Part shown: one piece after another, positions 9,596-20,061 of the stretch
Layout: every line of letters starts with the position of its first letter
Numbering within the stretch: the stretch's first letter is position 1
Source: Candidatus Binatia bacterium
GTDB taxonomy: Bacteria; Desulfobacterota; Binatia; Bin18
Assembly: GCA_963666315.2 (NCBI GenBank)
Contig: CAXXHG010000046.1
Span: 64,001-128,000, forward strand
Reading direction: 5' to 3'
Length of the DNA: 64,000 bases
Made by a program: the position numbers and the translations under genes
The notes under the pieces: generated by a model
The model's database searches: none
What the model was told of the DNA's origin: nothing
The model's input: only the letters and a program-made list of their open reading frames with translations

Positions 9596-10756
9596 TTACT
9601 TTCCCGCAGCCCGGACGCCGATCGCGCCGCACCCACGAAGTTGCTCGACCTCCGCGGCATTAAAACCCCAATCGCGTAACGCTTCTTCGGTATGCTGACC
9701 AGGACTGGCAGGCGGACCCTGGATAGCGCTGGGGGTACGGCTAAAACGGGGTGCCGGGGCCGGTTGTGGAACGCCGTCGACCTCGACAAAGGTTCCCCGT
9801 TCTTGGTTATGCGGATGACTCGGCGCTTCCCCCATATTAAGGACAGGCGCGAAGCATATATCGCTCCCCTCGAGCAGCTCATTCCACTCAGCCCGTGTCT
9901 TGGTCTTGAAAATAACCGCTAATTTCTGTGTTAAGTCCGGCCATTCAGAGCGATCATTCTGAGGCGGCAGCTCTTCTCGTTCCAATCCGGTCAGGCGTAG
10001 CAGTTCGGCATAGAACTTGGGCTCAATCGAACCGATGGAGATATATTGCTCATCGCTGGTTTCGTACACATTGTAATAATGTGCGCCAGTGTCCAGAATA
10101 TTTTCTCCGCGATTATCCGTCCACTTCCCAGCCGCGCGTAAACCATAGATCGCAGTCATGAGCGAGGCTGCCCCATCAATCATGGCCACGTCGATGACCT
10201 GGCCTTTACCCGACTTCTGCGTTTCCAGCAGCGCGCCGACCACACCCAGGGCAAGAAAGACACCACCCCCACCGAAGTCGCCGACCAGGTTGAGCGGGGG
10301 AAGCGGGGCTTCACCTCGTCGGCCAATAGAGTGCAATGCGCCTGTCAAGGCAATATAGTTAATGTCATGGCCGACCATCTTGGCCAGCGGCCCTTCCTGC
10401 CCCCAGCCAGTCATGCGTCCAAAGACCAGACGCGGGTTTCGTCCCAGGCACACGTCCGGGCCAAGTCCCAAACGTTCCATAACCCCAGGTCGAAAGCCTT
10501 CGATCACGGCATCGGCCTGCTCGATGAGTTTGAGCGCGGCCTCGGTGCCTTCTTTCTTCTTGAGATCAATCGCGACGGAACGGCGGCCACGACCCAGCAG
10601 GTTGAACTTGGCATCCATCGCAATGCCCAGATTTGCATCCGCTGCCCGGTCTATCAGTAATACCTCGGCTCCCATATCCGAAAGCAGCATGCCACACATT
10701 GGCGCAGGACCGATGCCCGCGAATTCCACGACTTTGTACCCAGATAATACGCCCAT
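9596..10756 (-). CDS. CaiB/BaiF class III CoA-transferase, alpha-methylacyl-CoA racemase type
   Basis: GIGPAP, FRPGVMERLGLGP, GHDINY, NLVGDFGGG, PAPAPRFSRTP. Confidence 0.95.
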   Translation of the reverse strand: MGVLSGYKVVEFAGIGPAPMCGMLLSDMGAEVLLIDRAADANLGIAMDAKFNLLGRGRRSVAIDLKKKEGTEAALKLIEQADAVIEGFRPGVMERLGLGPDVCLGRNPRLVFGRMTGWGQEGPLAKMVGHDINYIALTGALHSIGRRGEAPLPPLNLVGDFGGGGVFLALGVVGALLETQKSGKGQVIDVAMIDGAASLMTAIYGLRAAGKWTDNRGENILDTGAHYYNVYETSDEQYISIGSIEPKFYAELLRLTGLEREELPPQNDRSEWPDLTQKLAVIFKTKTRAEWNELLEGSDICFAPVLNMGEAPSHPHNQERGTFVEVDGVPQPAPAPRFSRTPSAIQGPPASPGQHTEEALRDWGFNAAEVEQLRGCGAIGVRAAGK

Positions 10757-10945
10757 GACTTCTCCCTCCTAAATCATCAGATCTACCCGAAACTCTACAA
10801 ATAGATCAGATCATCATATTGAAAGACTATTGACTGCTCCGTCACAAAATTGCAAGACGTTCTATTAAGAACCCCAGCCAGGAGCTAGTAGTCTCGTCGC
10901 CATACACAAAATCCCACAGGCCACGAGAGCGAAAGGAATAAGATC

Positions 10946-11320
10946 ATGACTACAGAAGAAGAACGCAACATTGAAGTTGCGAAGCGCTACGAAGACCTTT
11001 ACAACACCGATATCGAGCGCTTCGTGCACGAGTGCTACACATCCGACTGCGAGGTGAATGGCGGTTTTATCCGCGGACACGAGCCATTCGTTAAAGTCGA
11101 ACGCGACGTGCTTGAGGCAGCACCCAAACGAAAAATGCGCGTTGATCGCAGGCATGCAACCGGAAACGTCGTCGTTGTCGAGGCTGTGCTGCTCGACCCG
11201 GACCAGGGCGAGGACTGGAATTTACCTTTCTGCGCGGTGCTGACGTGTCGGGACGGGAAGATTGCTACAGATTGGACCTACGCCGAATTCTCGAAATGGC
11301 CGGGACTGACAGGGCTTTAA
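10946..11320 (+). CDS. SnoaL-like/NTF2 family protein
   Basis: NIEVAKRY...GNVVVVE...FCAVLTCRDGKIATDWTY. Confidence 0.85.
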   Translation: MTTEEERNIEVAKRYEDLYNTDIERFVHECYTSDCEVNGGFIRGHEPFVKVERDVLEAAPKRKMRVDRRHATGNVVVVEAVLLDPDQGEDWNLPFCAVLTCRDGKIATDWTYAEFSKWPGLTGL

Positions 11321-11401
11321 CCGATACGGAGCAGGTCGGTGCCGTCGCATTCGCTTGAGCGGCACCGATAACATCCAGATTCCCGCCCTAGGAAAAGAGG
11401 C

Positions 11402-12430
11402 ATGCACCGTATCCACAATGATACACGCGACGGCTTGCCTTCAGCTTCCCAGGGAGAGCCGTTTCTACCCGGTCCCACTTTTGCCGCTCCATATCATGCA
11501 GCCGGCGACCCTGCACAAGCGCCATTCACCTACGGCCGCTTCCACAATCCGACCTGGGCCCGTTTTGAACAGGCGCTCAGTGAACTGGAACGCGGGAGCG
11601 TCTTGGTCTTCGCCTCGGGCATGGCAGCCGTGAGCGCCGTTTTTGGAACCGTTTTACGGCCCAAAGATATTGCCGTTCTCCCCTCGGATAATTACTACAC
11701 CACGCGCGTCATTGCCCAGGGCTATTTTACGGAAATGGGGGTGCAAGTACGCATGGCACCCACGGCGGGAAACGCCTTAGGAGAGTGTCTCGATGGCGCA
11801 AAACTGTTGTGGCTCGAATCTCCCAGTAATCCGGGACTCGATGTGTGTGATATTGCCGCGCTGACAACACAAGCGCATACAGCCGGAGCCTTCGTCGCAG
11901 TTGATAACACCACGCCGACGATCCTGGGACACGTGGCAGTGCGTGACACCGAGTGGGCGGATCGGCTCCTCACCTGGCGTACCCAGGGCGGCGCTGTTGC
12001 CGGTCCGATGGAAGTCTGGTTGGCGCATCGGTCGCTGGCAACTCTAGGCGTACGGCTCGACAGACAATGCCGGAATGCGCACGCGATTGCTGCCTATTTG
12101 GCAACACGACCGGAAGTCAGCACCGTCCGCTATCCGGGCTTACCCACCGATCACGCCCACATACTTGCCAAACGTCAAATGCAACTGTTTGGACCAATTG
12201 TGAGTTTTGTCGTGGCTGACCAAGGTCACGCCGAACGTTTTCTCCAGTCATGTGAACTCGTGTATGAGGCGACCGGTTTCGGCGGTATCCATACGACTGC
12301 CGAACGCCGCGCGCGTTGGGGAGGCGATAACATCCCTGCGGGCTTCATTCGCTTGAGTGCCGGCTGCGAAAACACTGAGGACTTACTGAACGATCTGGCC
12401 CACGCGCTCGATACCGCCGGACATGTCTAA
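11402..12430 (+). pseudogene. Cystathionine gamma-lyase/synthase homologue with an in-frame deletion of the PLP-lysine segment
   Basis: YGRFHNPT, FASGMAA, ESPSNP and VDNT present; DNTTPT joins directly to ILGHVAV, so the S-x-T-K motif is missing. Confidence 0.8.
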
Positions 12431-12447
12431 ACAAGGAAACGTGTAAG

Positions 12448-13463
12448 AGTGATGCTGAACGCTATACTGTCGTCGGCCAAAACGGCTCGCCCTACTCGCT
12501 GAAGCTGCGGGCGGTCATGCGCTACCGTCGACTGCCGTATTAAGCCGGGTGCTCCGCACCCGGCTTAATACGGAAGAGTTCGCAAACGTGAAACCGCTGC
12601 TCATGCCCATGATCCGTTTCCCTGGGGAGCAGCAATGGCGCATAGACTCAACGCCCATTATCGACGCGCTGGAGCAACGTCATCCCGGGCAGCGCTCGAT
12701 TATTCCAGACGCTCACGGCAGCGCCTTTCTGGCCTATCTCATTGAGGACTTTGCCGACGAATGGCTGACCAAAGCCATGTTTCATTATCGTTGGGCCTAT
12801 GAGACCGATATCAAGTATGCCTCGTTGTGGATCGCAGATGACGTTTTCCCTGATCAGAAAGGGGAGCCACGCGCGGCGGCAGCAAAAAGTTTTGCTGACC
12901 GACAGATTGAACGTGTGCCGCTTGTTGGCTGTACTCCAGAGAACGCCTCGGTGATCGAGGGAACATATAGACGCAGCCTGGAACTGCTCGAAAGTCACGT
13001 CGGGTTGCACGACTACTTATTCGGCACCCAGCCATCCGTCGCCGACTTTGGCCTGTTCGGACAGCTCAGGACTTTGGCTACAGATCCAACACCATTGGCC
13101 ATTATACGAGGGCAAGCCCAACGCACCGAGAGCTGGCTCCGTCAATTAGATGATGCCTCAGGCGTAGAAGGAGCATGGTATTCCGAATAGGAAGGACTAC
13201 CGGAAGCGACGGTCGGACTCCTACGTTTAATAGCGGACACCCATCTGCCCTTTCTCGTCGCCAACGCCACAGCAGCGCAGCGAGAAGATAACAGATTAGA
13301 GATCGAACTACTCGGTCTAACCTACACTCAAGCGCCGTTCGGCTATCAGGTGAAATGCCTCGCCGCACTTCGGGAACGATTCGCCGCGCTGGATGAGGCC
13401 AGCGTGAAGAAAACGGCTCCGCTGCTGGAGGAGACAGGGTGCCTACGCTATTTCGTGAAGTAG
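12448..13463 (+). pseudogene. Glutathione S-transferase family protein, disrupted
   Basis: GSPYSLKLRAVMRYRRLP N-terminus; TAA plus frameshift at 12541; DSTPII, EDFADEW, ADFGLFGQL; in-frame TAG 13188-13190, then continues to YFVK* 13463. Confidence 0.85.
12535..12573. repeat. Perfect 18-bp inverted repeat inside the GST gene
   Basis: CCGTATTAAGCCGGGTGC-TCC-GCACCCGGCTTAATACGG. Confidence 0.95.
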
Positions 13464-13517
13464 CTCGGATCCAACCGAGGGACAATCGGGGAGGTCTCCT
13501 TAGGCCGTTAGCCTGTT

Positions 13518-14168
13518 CTACTCCTGCCTCTTCCCCCACCGGCCCCAGTGGATAACCTCTTCAACCAGTGCGCGTGAGGTGGGGCCAAACCGGCCTTCCG
13601 GGAAGCCGAGCGGGATGAGGCCGGCAATCTCTATATCTTCAGGAATATCGAGCCTCTGCTTCAGCTCTTCTTCAAAAAAATGATGTACGGTCGTCAGCGT
13701 CGCACCGACGCCCAACGCACGGCATGCCAGAAGAATATTCTGAACCGCCGGATAGATCGAAGCATGCAGCGTTGCCGTAATAGACCGTGGATTGTCCGCA
13801 TCCGCATACGTGGGAAAATCTGTCCCTGCACACGCTAATAAGATAACCGGAGCTTCATCCATATGTTCCGCCAGATGGACAGCAGACGCAAACACACGTT
13901 GTCGGGCAGGCAGTAAGTCATCCATAGCCGGAATAGATCCCAGCCGCGCCAGCTTTTGATAAGTCTCCAGATAATGGTCGCGAATGAAACGTTTATCTTC
14001 CGGTTCTTGGACAAGAACAAACGCCCAGTTTTGAAAATTACTCCCGCTCGGGGCATGCACCCCCGCTTCTATTATCTTTTTAAGAGTCTCGTCTGGAATG
14101 AGATCAGGCTTGAGTCGGCGCATCGAGCGCGTTGAATAGATCGCCTCAAAAAGTCCGATTTCGGCCAT
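13518..14168 (-). CDS. Nitroreductase family protein
   Basis: TRSMRR, APSGSNFQNW, SIYPAVQNILLACRALGVGA. Confidence 0.95.
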   Translation of the reverse strand: MAEIGLFEAIYSTRSMRRLKPDLIPDETLKKIIEAGVHAPSGSNFQNWAFVLVQEPEDKRFIRDHYLETYQKLARLGSIPAMDDLLPARQRVFASAVHLAEHMDEAPVILLACAGTDFPTYADADNPRSITATLHASIYPAVQNILLACRALGVGATLTTVHHFFEEELKQRLDIPEDIEIAGLIPLGFPEGRFGPTSRALVEEVIHWGRWGKRQE

Positions 14169-14309
14169 ATATTTTCCCCTTACTCCTGCTTCACTCAGAT
14201 CGCATAAATCTATGCTCTACAGCCAAAAAGCCCATTGTCTCGCCAGGAGCCACGCTCAGTCGGTCAGCGTAGCCAATGTTTCATTGCCGTGCTCCTTTAT
14301 GAAAACGGG

Positions 14310-14942
14310 CTAATGCCCCAAGCCGGGAATCTCTTCCAAATGTGGCAAGGGCCGACCAAGCACATCGGAAAACAGGGTGAGGACGCGTAGCGTGATACCC
14401 CAAATCACTTGATCCCGGAAACGAATCGCGGGGTACAGAAGAGATTTGCTGTCTTTGGCAAGACTCAAATGTGTAGCGTTCTTGCCATTCCACGGGTGGC
14501 CAAGCGGCATCCAATACGCCTCTGCCACTTCATGGTTGAGAGTAAACTCCGGAGGAGATTCGCCCAGGTAATACACACACGGAAAGAGATATAAAGGCTG
14601 TTCTCTCCCACTCAGCCAGATCGATATGGCTTCGAGCGAGCCGAGTCGGTGCGAGGGATGTACGACCAGACCCACTTCTTCGTGCGTTTCCCGTTCAGCC
14701 GTGACCTGCAGGTCCGCATCCTCGGCAGAAAAGCGCCCGCCAGGGAAAGCCATATGGCCTGACCACGGATCCCCTTTCTTCTCTGCGCGACGGATCACAC
14801 ACAGTTTCAGATCCGGTTCGCGGCCCGTCAACACCATTGCAACTGCGGCGCAGTTTCGGTTGGCCTCAAAGCGTGTCGGATCAGGTTTATGTTTGGCAAG
14901 GGCCGTTTCAATCTCTTCAATGCTGAACATTTGGCTGAACAT
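14310..14942 (-). CDS. NUDIX hydrolase, CoA pyrophosphatase type
   Basis: GHMAFPGG...TAERETHEEVG Nudix box; IWGIT. Confidence 0.92.
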   Translation of the reverse strand: MFSQMFSIEEIETALAKHKPDPTRFEANRNCAAVAMVLTGREPDLKLCVIRRAEKKGDPWSGHMAFPGGRFSAEDADLQVTAERETHEEVGLVVHPSHRLGSLEAISIWLSGREQPLYLFPCVYYLGESPPEFTLNHEVAEAYWMPLGHPWNGKNATHLSLAKDSKSLLYPAIRFRDQVIWGITLRVLTLFSDVLGRPLPHLEEIPGLGH

Positions 14943-15035
14943 TTACAGGACTACCCTTTAATGGCTCTTCTGATAATGGCTCTTCTGACCGGCCGGAAGC
15001 GCGCACGGCTTCGTACTAGTTTGACAGCGTGTCTC

Positions 15036-16037
15036 CTAAAACGTAGCAAGCGGATTTACAGGTGAGCCCGTGCCGCCGGGAACCCGGAGCGGAGCCGCAA
15101 CAAAGAGAAATTCCCACCGGTTGCGGGCCTGTGCTGCTCGGGCCAAGTCCTCCAAATTGAGGTTATCCAAAAGCGGCATGCCGAGCGCGACCACGGCGAG
15201 CTGGTGAATAGGAAATGGGACCCCCTCGATTCCAGACGGGAAGACTTCGTTGGTTGCATCAGAGCCGACCACGGCAACATCACGTTCTTTGAGCCAGGTG
15301 GCCACCGAAGCGTGCAAGCCGGCGGCAGCCTGGACAAAGTTCCAGCTGCCCACCTGCCGTTGTCGCTCGTACAGACCCGTACGAACCAAAAGGACATCCC
15401 CGCTCTCGACGTGCAAACCCGTCTTCTGCTCCCACGCCTCCAGATCCTCTATCCGAATGGCCGTTCCTGGTGCGAGATACGGCACCCCTTTGAGCCACGG
15501 CACATCCACCAAGACCCCGCGCGTAAAAATACCCTGTTTCATGTGTTGGACGCCAAGCTTCTCGGCTCCCGACGGCTTCACCTCAGACCGCAAAAAGCCG
15601 TTATACATTTTTCCTTGATGAAAGATGTGACACAACGCGTCCACGTGTGAATGGGCAAACCCATGGTAGCGTATGATATAAGTGTCCTCGGCAAAGACGC
15701 CGCCGTCATTCTCATGCACCCGTAGGCTATGCTCAAGTGGAAATTCGTTATTAAGGTTGGCCTCCTTGGCTAGATCAAAGGCAAGAGACACGGAGACGCC
15801 CTCGGTAACGAGCGCGGCAGCCTGGCGGCGTTTCTCGGGGGTAATCAAATTGAGGGTGCCAAGTTCGTCCTCTTTTCCCCAGCGCCCCCAATTCGAGAGA
15901 TCGTCCATCCACTGATCGAGTATTACGGCTGTGAGCTTAGGGAGGGAGTCTACAGTTTGAGCGACAGCAGGACGTCCCGTCAGGAGAACGAGCAACAGCA
16001 GTAGGCCCACGGGCAACACTCGGGTTCGATGTCTCAT
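15036..16037 (-). CDS. Cyclase (kynurenine formamidase-like) family metallohydrolase, secreted
   Basis: NWGRWG..DELGTLN, HSHVDALCH, GDVLLVRTG, GGTGSPVNP; SD AGGAGG and signal peptide at the 16037 start. Confidence 0.9.
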   Translation of the reverse strand: MRHRTRVLPVGLLLLLVLLTGRPAVAQTVDSLPKLTAVILDQWMDDLSNWGRWGKEDELGTLNLITPEKRRQAAALVTEGVSVSLAFDLAKEANLNNEFPLEHSLRVHENDGGVFAEDTYIIRYHGFAHSHVDALCHIFHQGKMYNGFLRSEVKPSGAEKLGVQHMKQGIFTRGVLVDVPWLKGVPYLAPGTAIRIEDLEAWEQKTGLHVESGDVLLVRTGLYERQRQVGSWNFVQAAAGLHASVATWLKERDVAVVGSDATNEVFPSGIEGVPFPIHQLAVVALGMPLLDNLNLEDLARAAQARNRWEFLFVAAPLRVPGGTGSPVNPLATF

Positions 16038-16245
16038 AGCTCCCCCTCCTCGGCTAGTCATGCTGGTGGCATGTGTACTCGGGATGAGGCTGGAGAGCAA
16101 GACAAGCGACCCGCCCAACGCCAATGCCGTAGGGCGGATGAGCGCAGCGTAATCCGCCACCGCAGGACTAAACCAGACTTCATGAGATTCGTGCACAACC
16201 CTGACAGCCGATGATTTTCCCTGGAGGCGTTCTTCTACCCGCCTC

Positions 16246-16340
16246 CGCCCGACGCTAAAGTCGCCAGGCTACAAGACAGCGCCCCATCAATGGGGCTAGC
16301 CGGCTTGAGCCGGCGTCGTTGTGTAGCCCGGACACTTCAT
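16246..16340. repeat. Palindromic REP-like element
   Basis: GGCTACA...TGTAGCC ends with internal GCCCCAT/ATGGGGC and GCCGGCT/AGCCGGC hairpins. Confidence 0.55.
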
Positions 16341-16381
16341 GATCCTGTTGCACAATGCCTCTCTCTTCCGCTCTTCTTCCC

Positions 16382-16431
16382 GTAGGGTACAGCCTCTGCG
16401 CCGTTCTGATTGGTGCGCGGGCGCACCCTAC
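16382..16431. repeat. GTAG-type REP (REPIN-like)
   Basis: GTAGGGT...GCGCACCCTAC; highly similar copy at 29602-29652. Confidence 0.8.
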
Positions 16432-16629
16432 CGGACACTACTGGCCTCTGGTCATGCTCAGACGGGTTATAAGTTTTGCAACAGCATCACTTCATGTCCG
16501 GGCGGGATGGGTTCATCACAGCCAGCGTACTCTTGTAACAATCTCTTGCATTTCGATTTATGGCATCGCCGTCTTTCGCATCAACTCGGCCAAGGGTAAA
16601 TTCCCATACATGAAAAGGAGTCAAGCAAT

Positions 16630-17427
16630 ATGGCAAGACTAACAAAGCTGAGTCGATCGATCAAAGGGAAAATTGCCTTGGTAACTGGGGCTGCAAGTGG
16701 TATGGGGCGAGCGACGGCACACCTGTTTGCTGATGAAGAAGCCAAAGTTGCGGTCCTAGATCGAAATGCTGAAGGTGTTTCAAGCGTCGTCGAGGAGATC
16801 AAACAAACCGGAGGGAACGCCACAGGCTGGACCTTAGACCTGTCCAATAGCACGGAGATTGCACCTACTGTGACCCAAATCGCCGAACATTTTGGAGGGC
16901 TAGATATTCTCGTCAACAATGCCGGCATCGATGCGTCCGCCCGTATTCAGAGTAGCAAGTACGAGGACGTTTGGGAGCACTGCTTCAACGTCAACTTGGC
17001 CGCTCACCACCGTCTCATCCGCGCTGCCCTGCCTCACCTCACTAAAGGTGGAGCTGGACGAATCGTCAACATTGCTTCTACCGAAGCGGTCGGAGGTAGC
17101 GCCTTTGCCAGTCCCTATACTGCGGCCAAGCATGGCGTTGTTGGCTTAACTCGTGCATTGGCAGTCGAGTTGGCCACACAAGGGGTCACGGTCAATTGCA
17201 TCTGTCCAGGCGCTATTCATACTGGTCTCACAGCCACAATCCCCGATAAAGCGAAGGACATCTTTGCCAGGCGACGTGTGCCACTCAAGCGCTACGGCGA
17301 TCCGGAAGAAGTCGCGCACGCGACCCTCAGCTTGGTCCTGCCAGCATCGTCGTACATCAATGGTGCCACCGTTGTCGTTGACGGAGGATTTACCATTCAA
17401 AACAACGGCAGCGCGTTGAGCCGTTGA
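16630..17427 (+). CDS. Short-chain dehydrogenase/reductase
   Basis: TGAASGMG, NNAG, S...YTAAK, VNCICPG. Confidence 0.95.
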   Translation: MARLTKLSRSIKGKIALVTGAASGMGRATAHLFADEEAKVAVLDRNAEGVSSVVEEIKQTGGNATGWTLDLSNSTEIAPTVTQIAEHFGGLDILVNNAGIDASARIQSSKYEDVWEHCFNVNLAAHHRLIRAALPHLTKGGAGRIVNIASTEAVGGSAFASPYTAAKHGVVGLTRALAVELATQGVTVNCICPGAIHTGLTATIPDKAKDIFARRRVPLKRYGDPEEVAHATLSLVLPASSYINGATVVVDGGFTIQNNGSALSR

Positions 17428-17496
17428 AGTGGGCTGACGTAGTACTGAGAGCCTTGCCTCAACAAACCACAATAAAGAGATAACGCGGGGTTTAGA

Positions 17497-17874
17497 TTAG
17501 GAGATTACCTCAATACCGTATTGGGAAAAGACCACGTCAGTAGTCACCACGGGGAAATGATGAAGCTGAGCCGTAGCGATAATCGTCCTGTCGCAAGGGT
17601 CAGTATGAACAAGAGACAATTCAGTTGAACGGATACAAACATCCATGGTCAGTGCCAAAACCTCAATGTCATGATGTTCGAGGACTGAGTTAAACCAGTC
17701 AGCAGACTGAGCGGGGAGTTTCAGTTTCTTCTTCTGAACTTTAATCCCGATCTCGAAGCCGCTAATAGCAGATACATAGACCTCAGGTGCAGCCTCAATA
17801 GACTGCAACGCTATAGTAGATAACTCACCCCCTCCCTGGGCTAACCAAAGCAACGCGCATGTATCGAGGATCAC
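17497..17874 (-). CDS. vapC: PIN-domain toxin (VapC)
   Basis: ILDTCALLW, SAISGFEI, HTDPCDR; GTGA overlap with the antitoxin stop. Confidence 0.9.
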   Translation of the reverse strand: MILDTCALLWLAQGGGELSTIALQSIEAAPEVYVSAISGFEIGIKVQKKKLKLPAQSADWFNSVLEHHDIEVLALTMDVCIRSTELSLVHTDPCDRTIIATAQLHHFPVVTTDVVFSQYGIEVIS

Positions 17875-18104
17875 CGACCACTCTCCGGCCACTCGTCTTC
17901 AGAGAGCGGCTCTGTTGGATCATAGTCGATATGGATCTCCCGCATCACTGGATGTGGCCTCAGACGGCTCCGCTTTCGATGCGGGACTAGTTCGGCGATC
18001 GGTTTGCCATGGCGACAGATCCGCACCTTCGAACCCGTCGCTTCTATTTCGGCCAGCAGAGCCGATAGATGTGTCTTTGCCTCATGGACGTTAACGGTTT
18101 TCAT
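17871..18104 (-). CDS. Phd/YefM family antitoxin
   Basis: MKTVNVHEAKTHLS..ICRHGKPIAEL. Confidence 0.92.
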   Translation of the reverse strand: MKTVNVHEAKTHLSALLAEIEATGSKVRICRHGKPIAELVPHRKRSRLRPHPVMREIHIDYDPTEPLSEDEWPESGR

Positions 18105-18143
18105 TATGCTCTCCTCATGCTTAACCGCAGTGACGATGCCGGA

Positions 18144-18237
18144 TGTCATTCTGAATCGAAGTGGAGCGCAGGTGAAGAATCTCTCAGGAGTACTACTGGG
18201 AGAGAGATGCTTCGTCGCTTTATTCCTCAGAATGGCA
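18144..18237. repeat. ~93-bp palindromic dispersed repeat
   Basis: TGTCATTCTGA...GAAGAATCTC...CCTCAGAATG(G/A)CA; inverted copy at 34774-34865. Confidence 0.85.
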
Positions 18238-18412
18238 AGGCCGCAAAATCCATGCGCTGAGTGATTAGGCTTTTAAATTAGTTTAGTTAGTCCATTATTG
18301 CAATGGATGGAAATAGCCGCGACATCGGCGGCTCACAACCTCAGAGATCTCGGAGCCCAATTGAGAGCTTACAGCGTTTTTATGTTGGTGGCTGTGCTGC
18401 GGAGGCACTGTC

Positions 18413-18496
18413 CTATTTATGATGGACAGCTTTCCAGGCAACCCAGATCAGAGCGGCATACACACCCAGCCCACTTATTAAGGGCGAATAATTCAT
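18413..18496 (-). CDS. Putative 27-aa hydrophobic peptide (type I toxin-like)
   Basis: MNYSPLISGLGVYAALIWVAWKAVHHK; GGAG just upstream; below the ORF-track length cutoff. Confidence 0.4.
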   Translation of the reverse strand: MNYSPLISGLGVYAALIWVAWKAVHHK

Positions 18497-18681
18497 GCGT
18501 CTCCATACTGATCTTTCTCCTCAACGAGATTGCCAACCCTAAGGTACTGCGTCAAGCTAAGCACAATCAAGACAAACATGCCTGTACCGTGCGCTGTACG
18601 CGTGACGCCTGCTCTCTGCCTCGTAGGGCCAGCCCCCACTGTCTCTGTGACTGTACTTAGCTAAGCGCTATACTTATTCCA

Positions 18682-19437
18682 ATGAACCCTGACATTCCTG
18701 CCCTGTTAGCCGAAATCGGCCAACTCAAATCCCAGCTCGACGCTTTGCGTCCGCTACCGGAACATACCGTCCGCACTCTGCATGAACAACAAGTCCTAGA
18801 GTGGACCTACCACTCGAACGCCATTGAAGGGAACACGCTCAGCCTCAAAGAAACCAAAGTCGTACTGGAAGGCATCACCGTCGGTGGCAAATCCATGCGC
18901 GAGCACCTTGAAGCGATCAATCATCGTGAAGCGATTGACTACGTTGAAACTATTGTCTCCGGTGAAGAAACCCTGAGCGAGTGGCAGATCAAGAATATCC
19001 ATCAGCTCGTCCTAAAAAATATCGATGACCAGAACGCTGGGCGTTACCGGCAACAAAACGTCGTAATTGCTGGTGCCAGTCATACGCCAACAGATTTTCT
19101 CCAGCTTCCGCAGGCCATGACCGCACTCATAGCCTGGTATCAAACCGCTGCTGACCTGCATCCGCTAAGACGCGCAGCACGCCTACACGTCGATTTCGTT
19201 GGGATCCATCCCTTCGTTGACGGCAACGGTCGAACCGCGCGGCTCTTAATGAACTTCGAACTCATGCGCTACGGCTATCTTCCGGTCATAATCCGTGTTG
19301 AGCAACGCCTAGCCTACTATGACGCCCTCGATACTGCTCATATGTCCCAGAACTATGAACCCTTTATCCAGCTCCTTGCCGAAGAGGAACACCAGACACT
19401 CAAGCTCTACTTATCGGTGATTCATGGAGAAGCCTGA
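18682..19437 (+). CDS. Fic family protein (class II, N-terminal inhibitory helix)
   Basis: HPFVDGNGRTAR Fic motif; SNAIEGN inhibitory motif. Confidence 0.95.
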   Translation: MNPDIPALLAEIGQLKSQLDALRPLPEHTVRTLHEQQVLEWTYHSNAIEGNTLSLKETKVVLEGITVGGKSMREHLEAINHREAIDYVETIVSGEETLSEWQIKNIHQLVLKNIDDQNAGRYRQQNVVIAGASHTPTDFLQLPQAMTALIAWYQTAADLHPLRRAARLHVDFVGIHPFVDGNGRTARLLMNFELMRYGYLPVIIRVEQRLAYYDALDTAHMSQNYEPFIQLLAEEEHQTLKLYLSVIHGEA

Positions 19438-19453
19438 CTGTGTCTAGTAGGGA

Positions 19454-19483
19454 GTCGGGTTACGCTACGCTCACCCGACCTAC
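19454..19483 (-). repeat. GTAG-type REP
   Basis: Reverse complement GTAGGTCGGGTGAGCGTAGCGTAACCCGAC, 1 mismatch to 60879-60908. Confidence 0.85.
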
Positions 19484-19552
19484 GGTCTTCGCTCTCAGAT
19501 TTAGATCAGGAGGCCCGCGTAGCGAAGTAGGTAACGCGAGGACTTGTCCTCC

Positions 19553-19771
19553 TTACGACGCCCACTTCATTCTCAGTTTGCGCTCATTCATAGCACAGTC
19601 ACGGAGGTATAAATTAATGAGGCTCTGATATGGGATGCCTATTTCCTCGGCCATGGACTTGAAGTAGGCAACCGTATCCCTGTCTAAGCGCATAGTCACC
19701 GGCTGCTTGAGGTACTTGATATAAGGATTTTTGCGCCCTTTCATTTTTGAGAAGTCATAATGGTCTCTCAT
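19553..19771 (-). CDS. brnA: BrnA-family antitoxin
   Basis: MRDHYDFS...KQPVTMRLD..YFK...GIPYQSLINLYL. Confidence 0.92.
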   Translation of the reverse strand: MRDHYDFSKMKGRKNPYIKYLKQPVTMRLDRDTVAYFKSMAEEIGIPYQSLINLYLRDCAMNERKLRMKWAS

Positions 19772-20061
19772 ATTTGCCGCCTCCAGTAATCGCGCTCTTC
19801 AGCTTTGTCTGCCTTCTTTACAGAAATAATGCGCACGACCGTCTCACTTTCGTGGAAACAGTGACAGACAACGACAACCCGCAGCTTGAAGCTCATGCTA
19901 AGAAGGATAAAATGATCTTCCTCTTGAGCATGATCCGGATCGAAGAACTGGATTGCGTTCTCGTCGTAGAAAGCCGTGCGTGCCTCTTCAAAAGCTACAC
20001 CATGCTTCCTAATGTTCCCTTTGTTTTTCCGCTCATCCCACTCAAAGCGTAGCTCACGCAT
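19768..20061 (-). CDS. brnT: BrnT-family toxin
   Basis: FEWDERKNKGNIRKHGVAFEEA...RIISV; ATGA overlap with brnA. Confidence 0.92.
   Translation of the reverse strand: MRELRFEWDERKNKGNIRKHGVAFEEARTAFYDENAIQFFDPDHAQEEDHFILLSMSFKLRVVVVCHCFHESETVVRIISVKKADKAEERDYWRRQI

Noticed and set aside
18298-18660. 120-aa plus-strand ORF
   Set aside because: No SD or motif and atypical composition.
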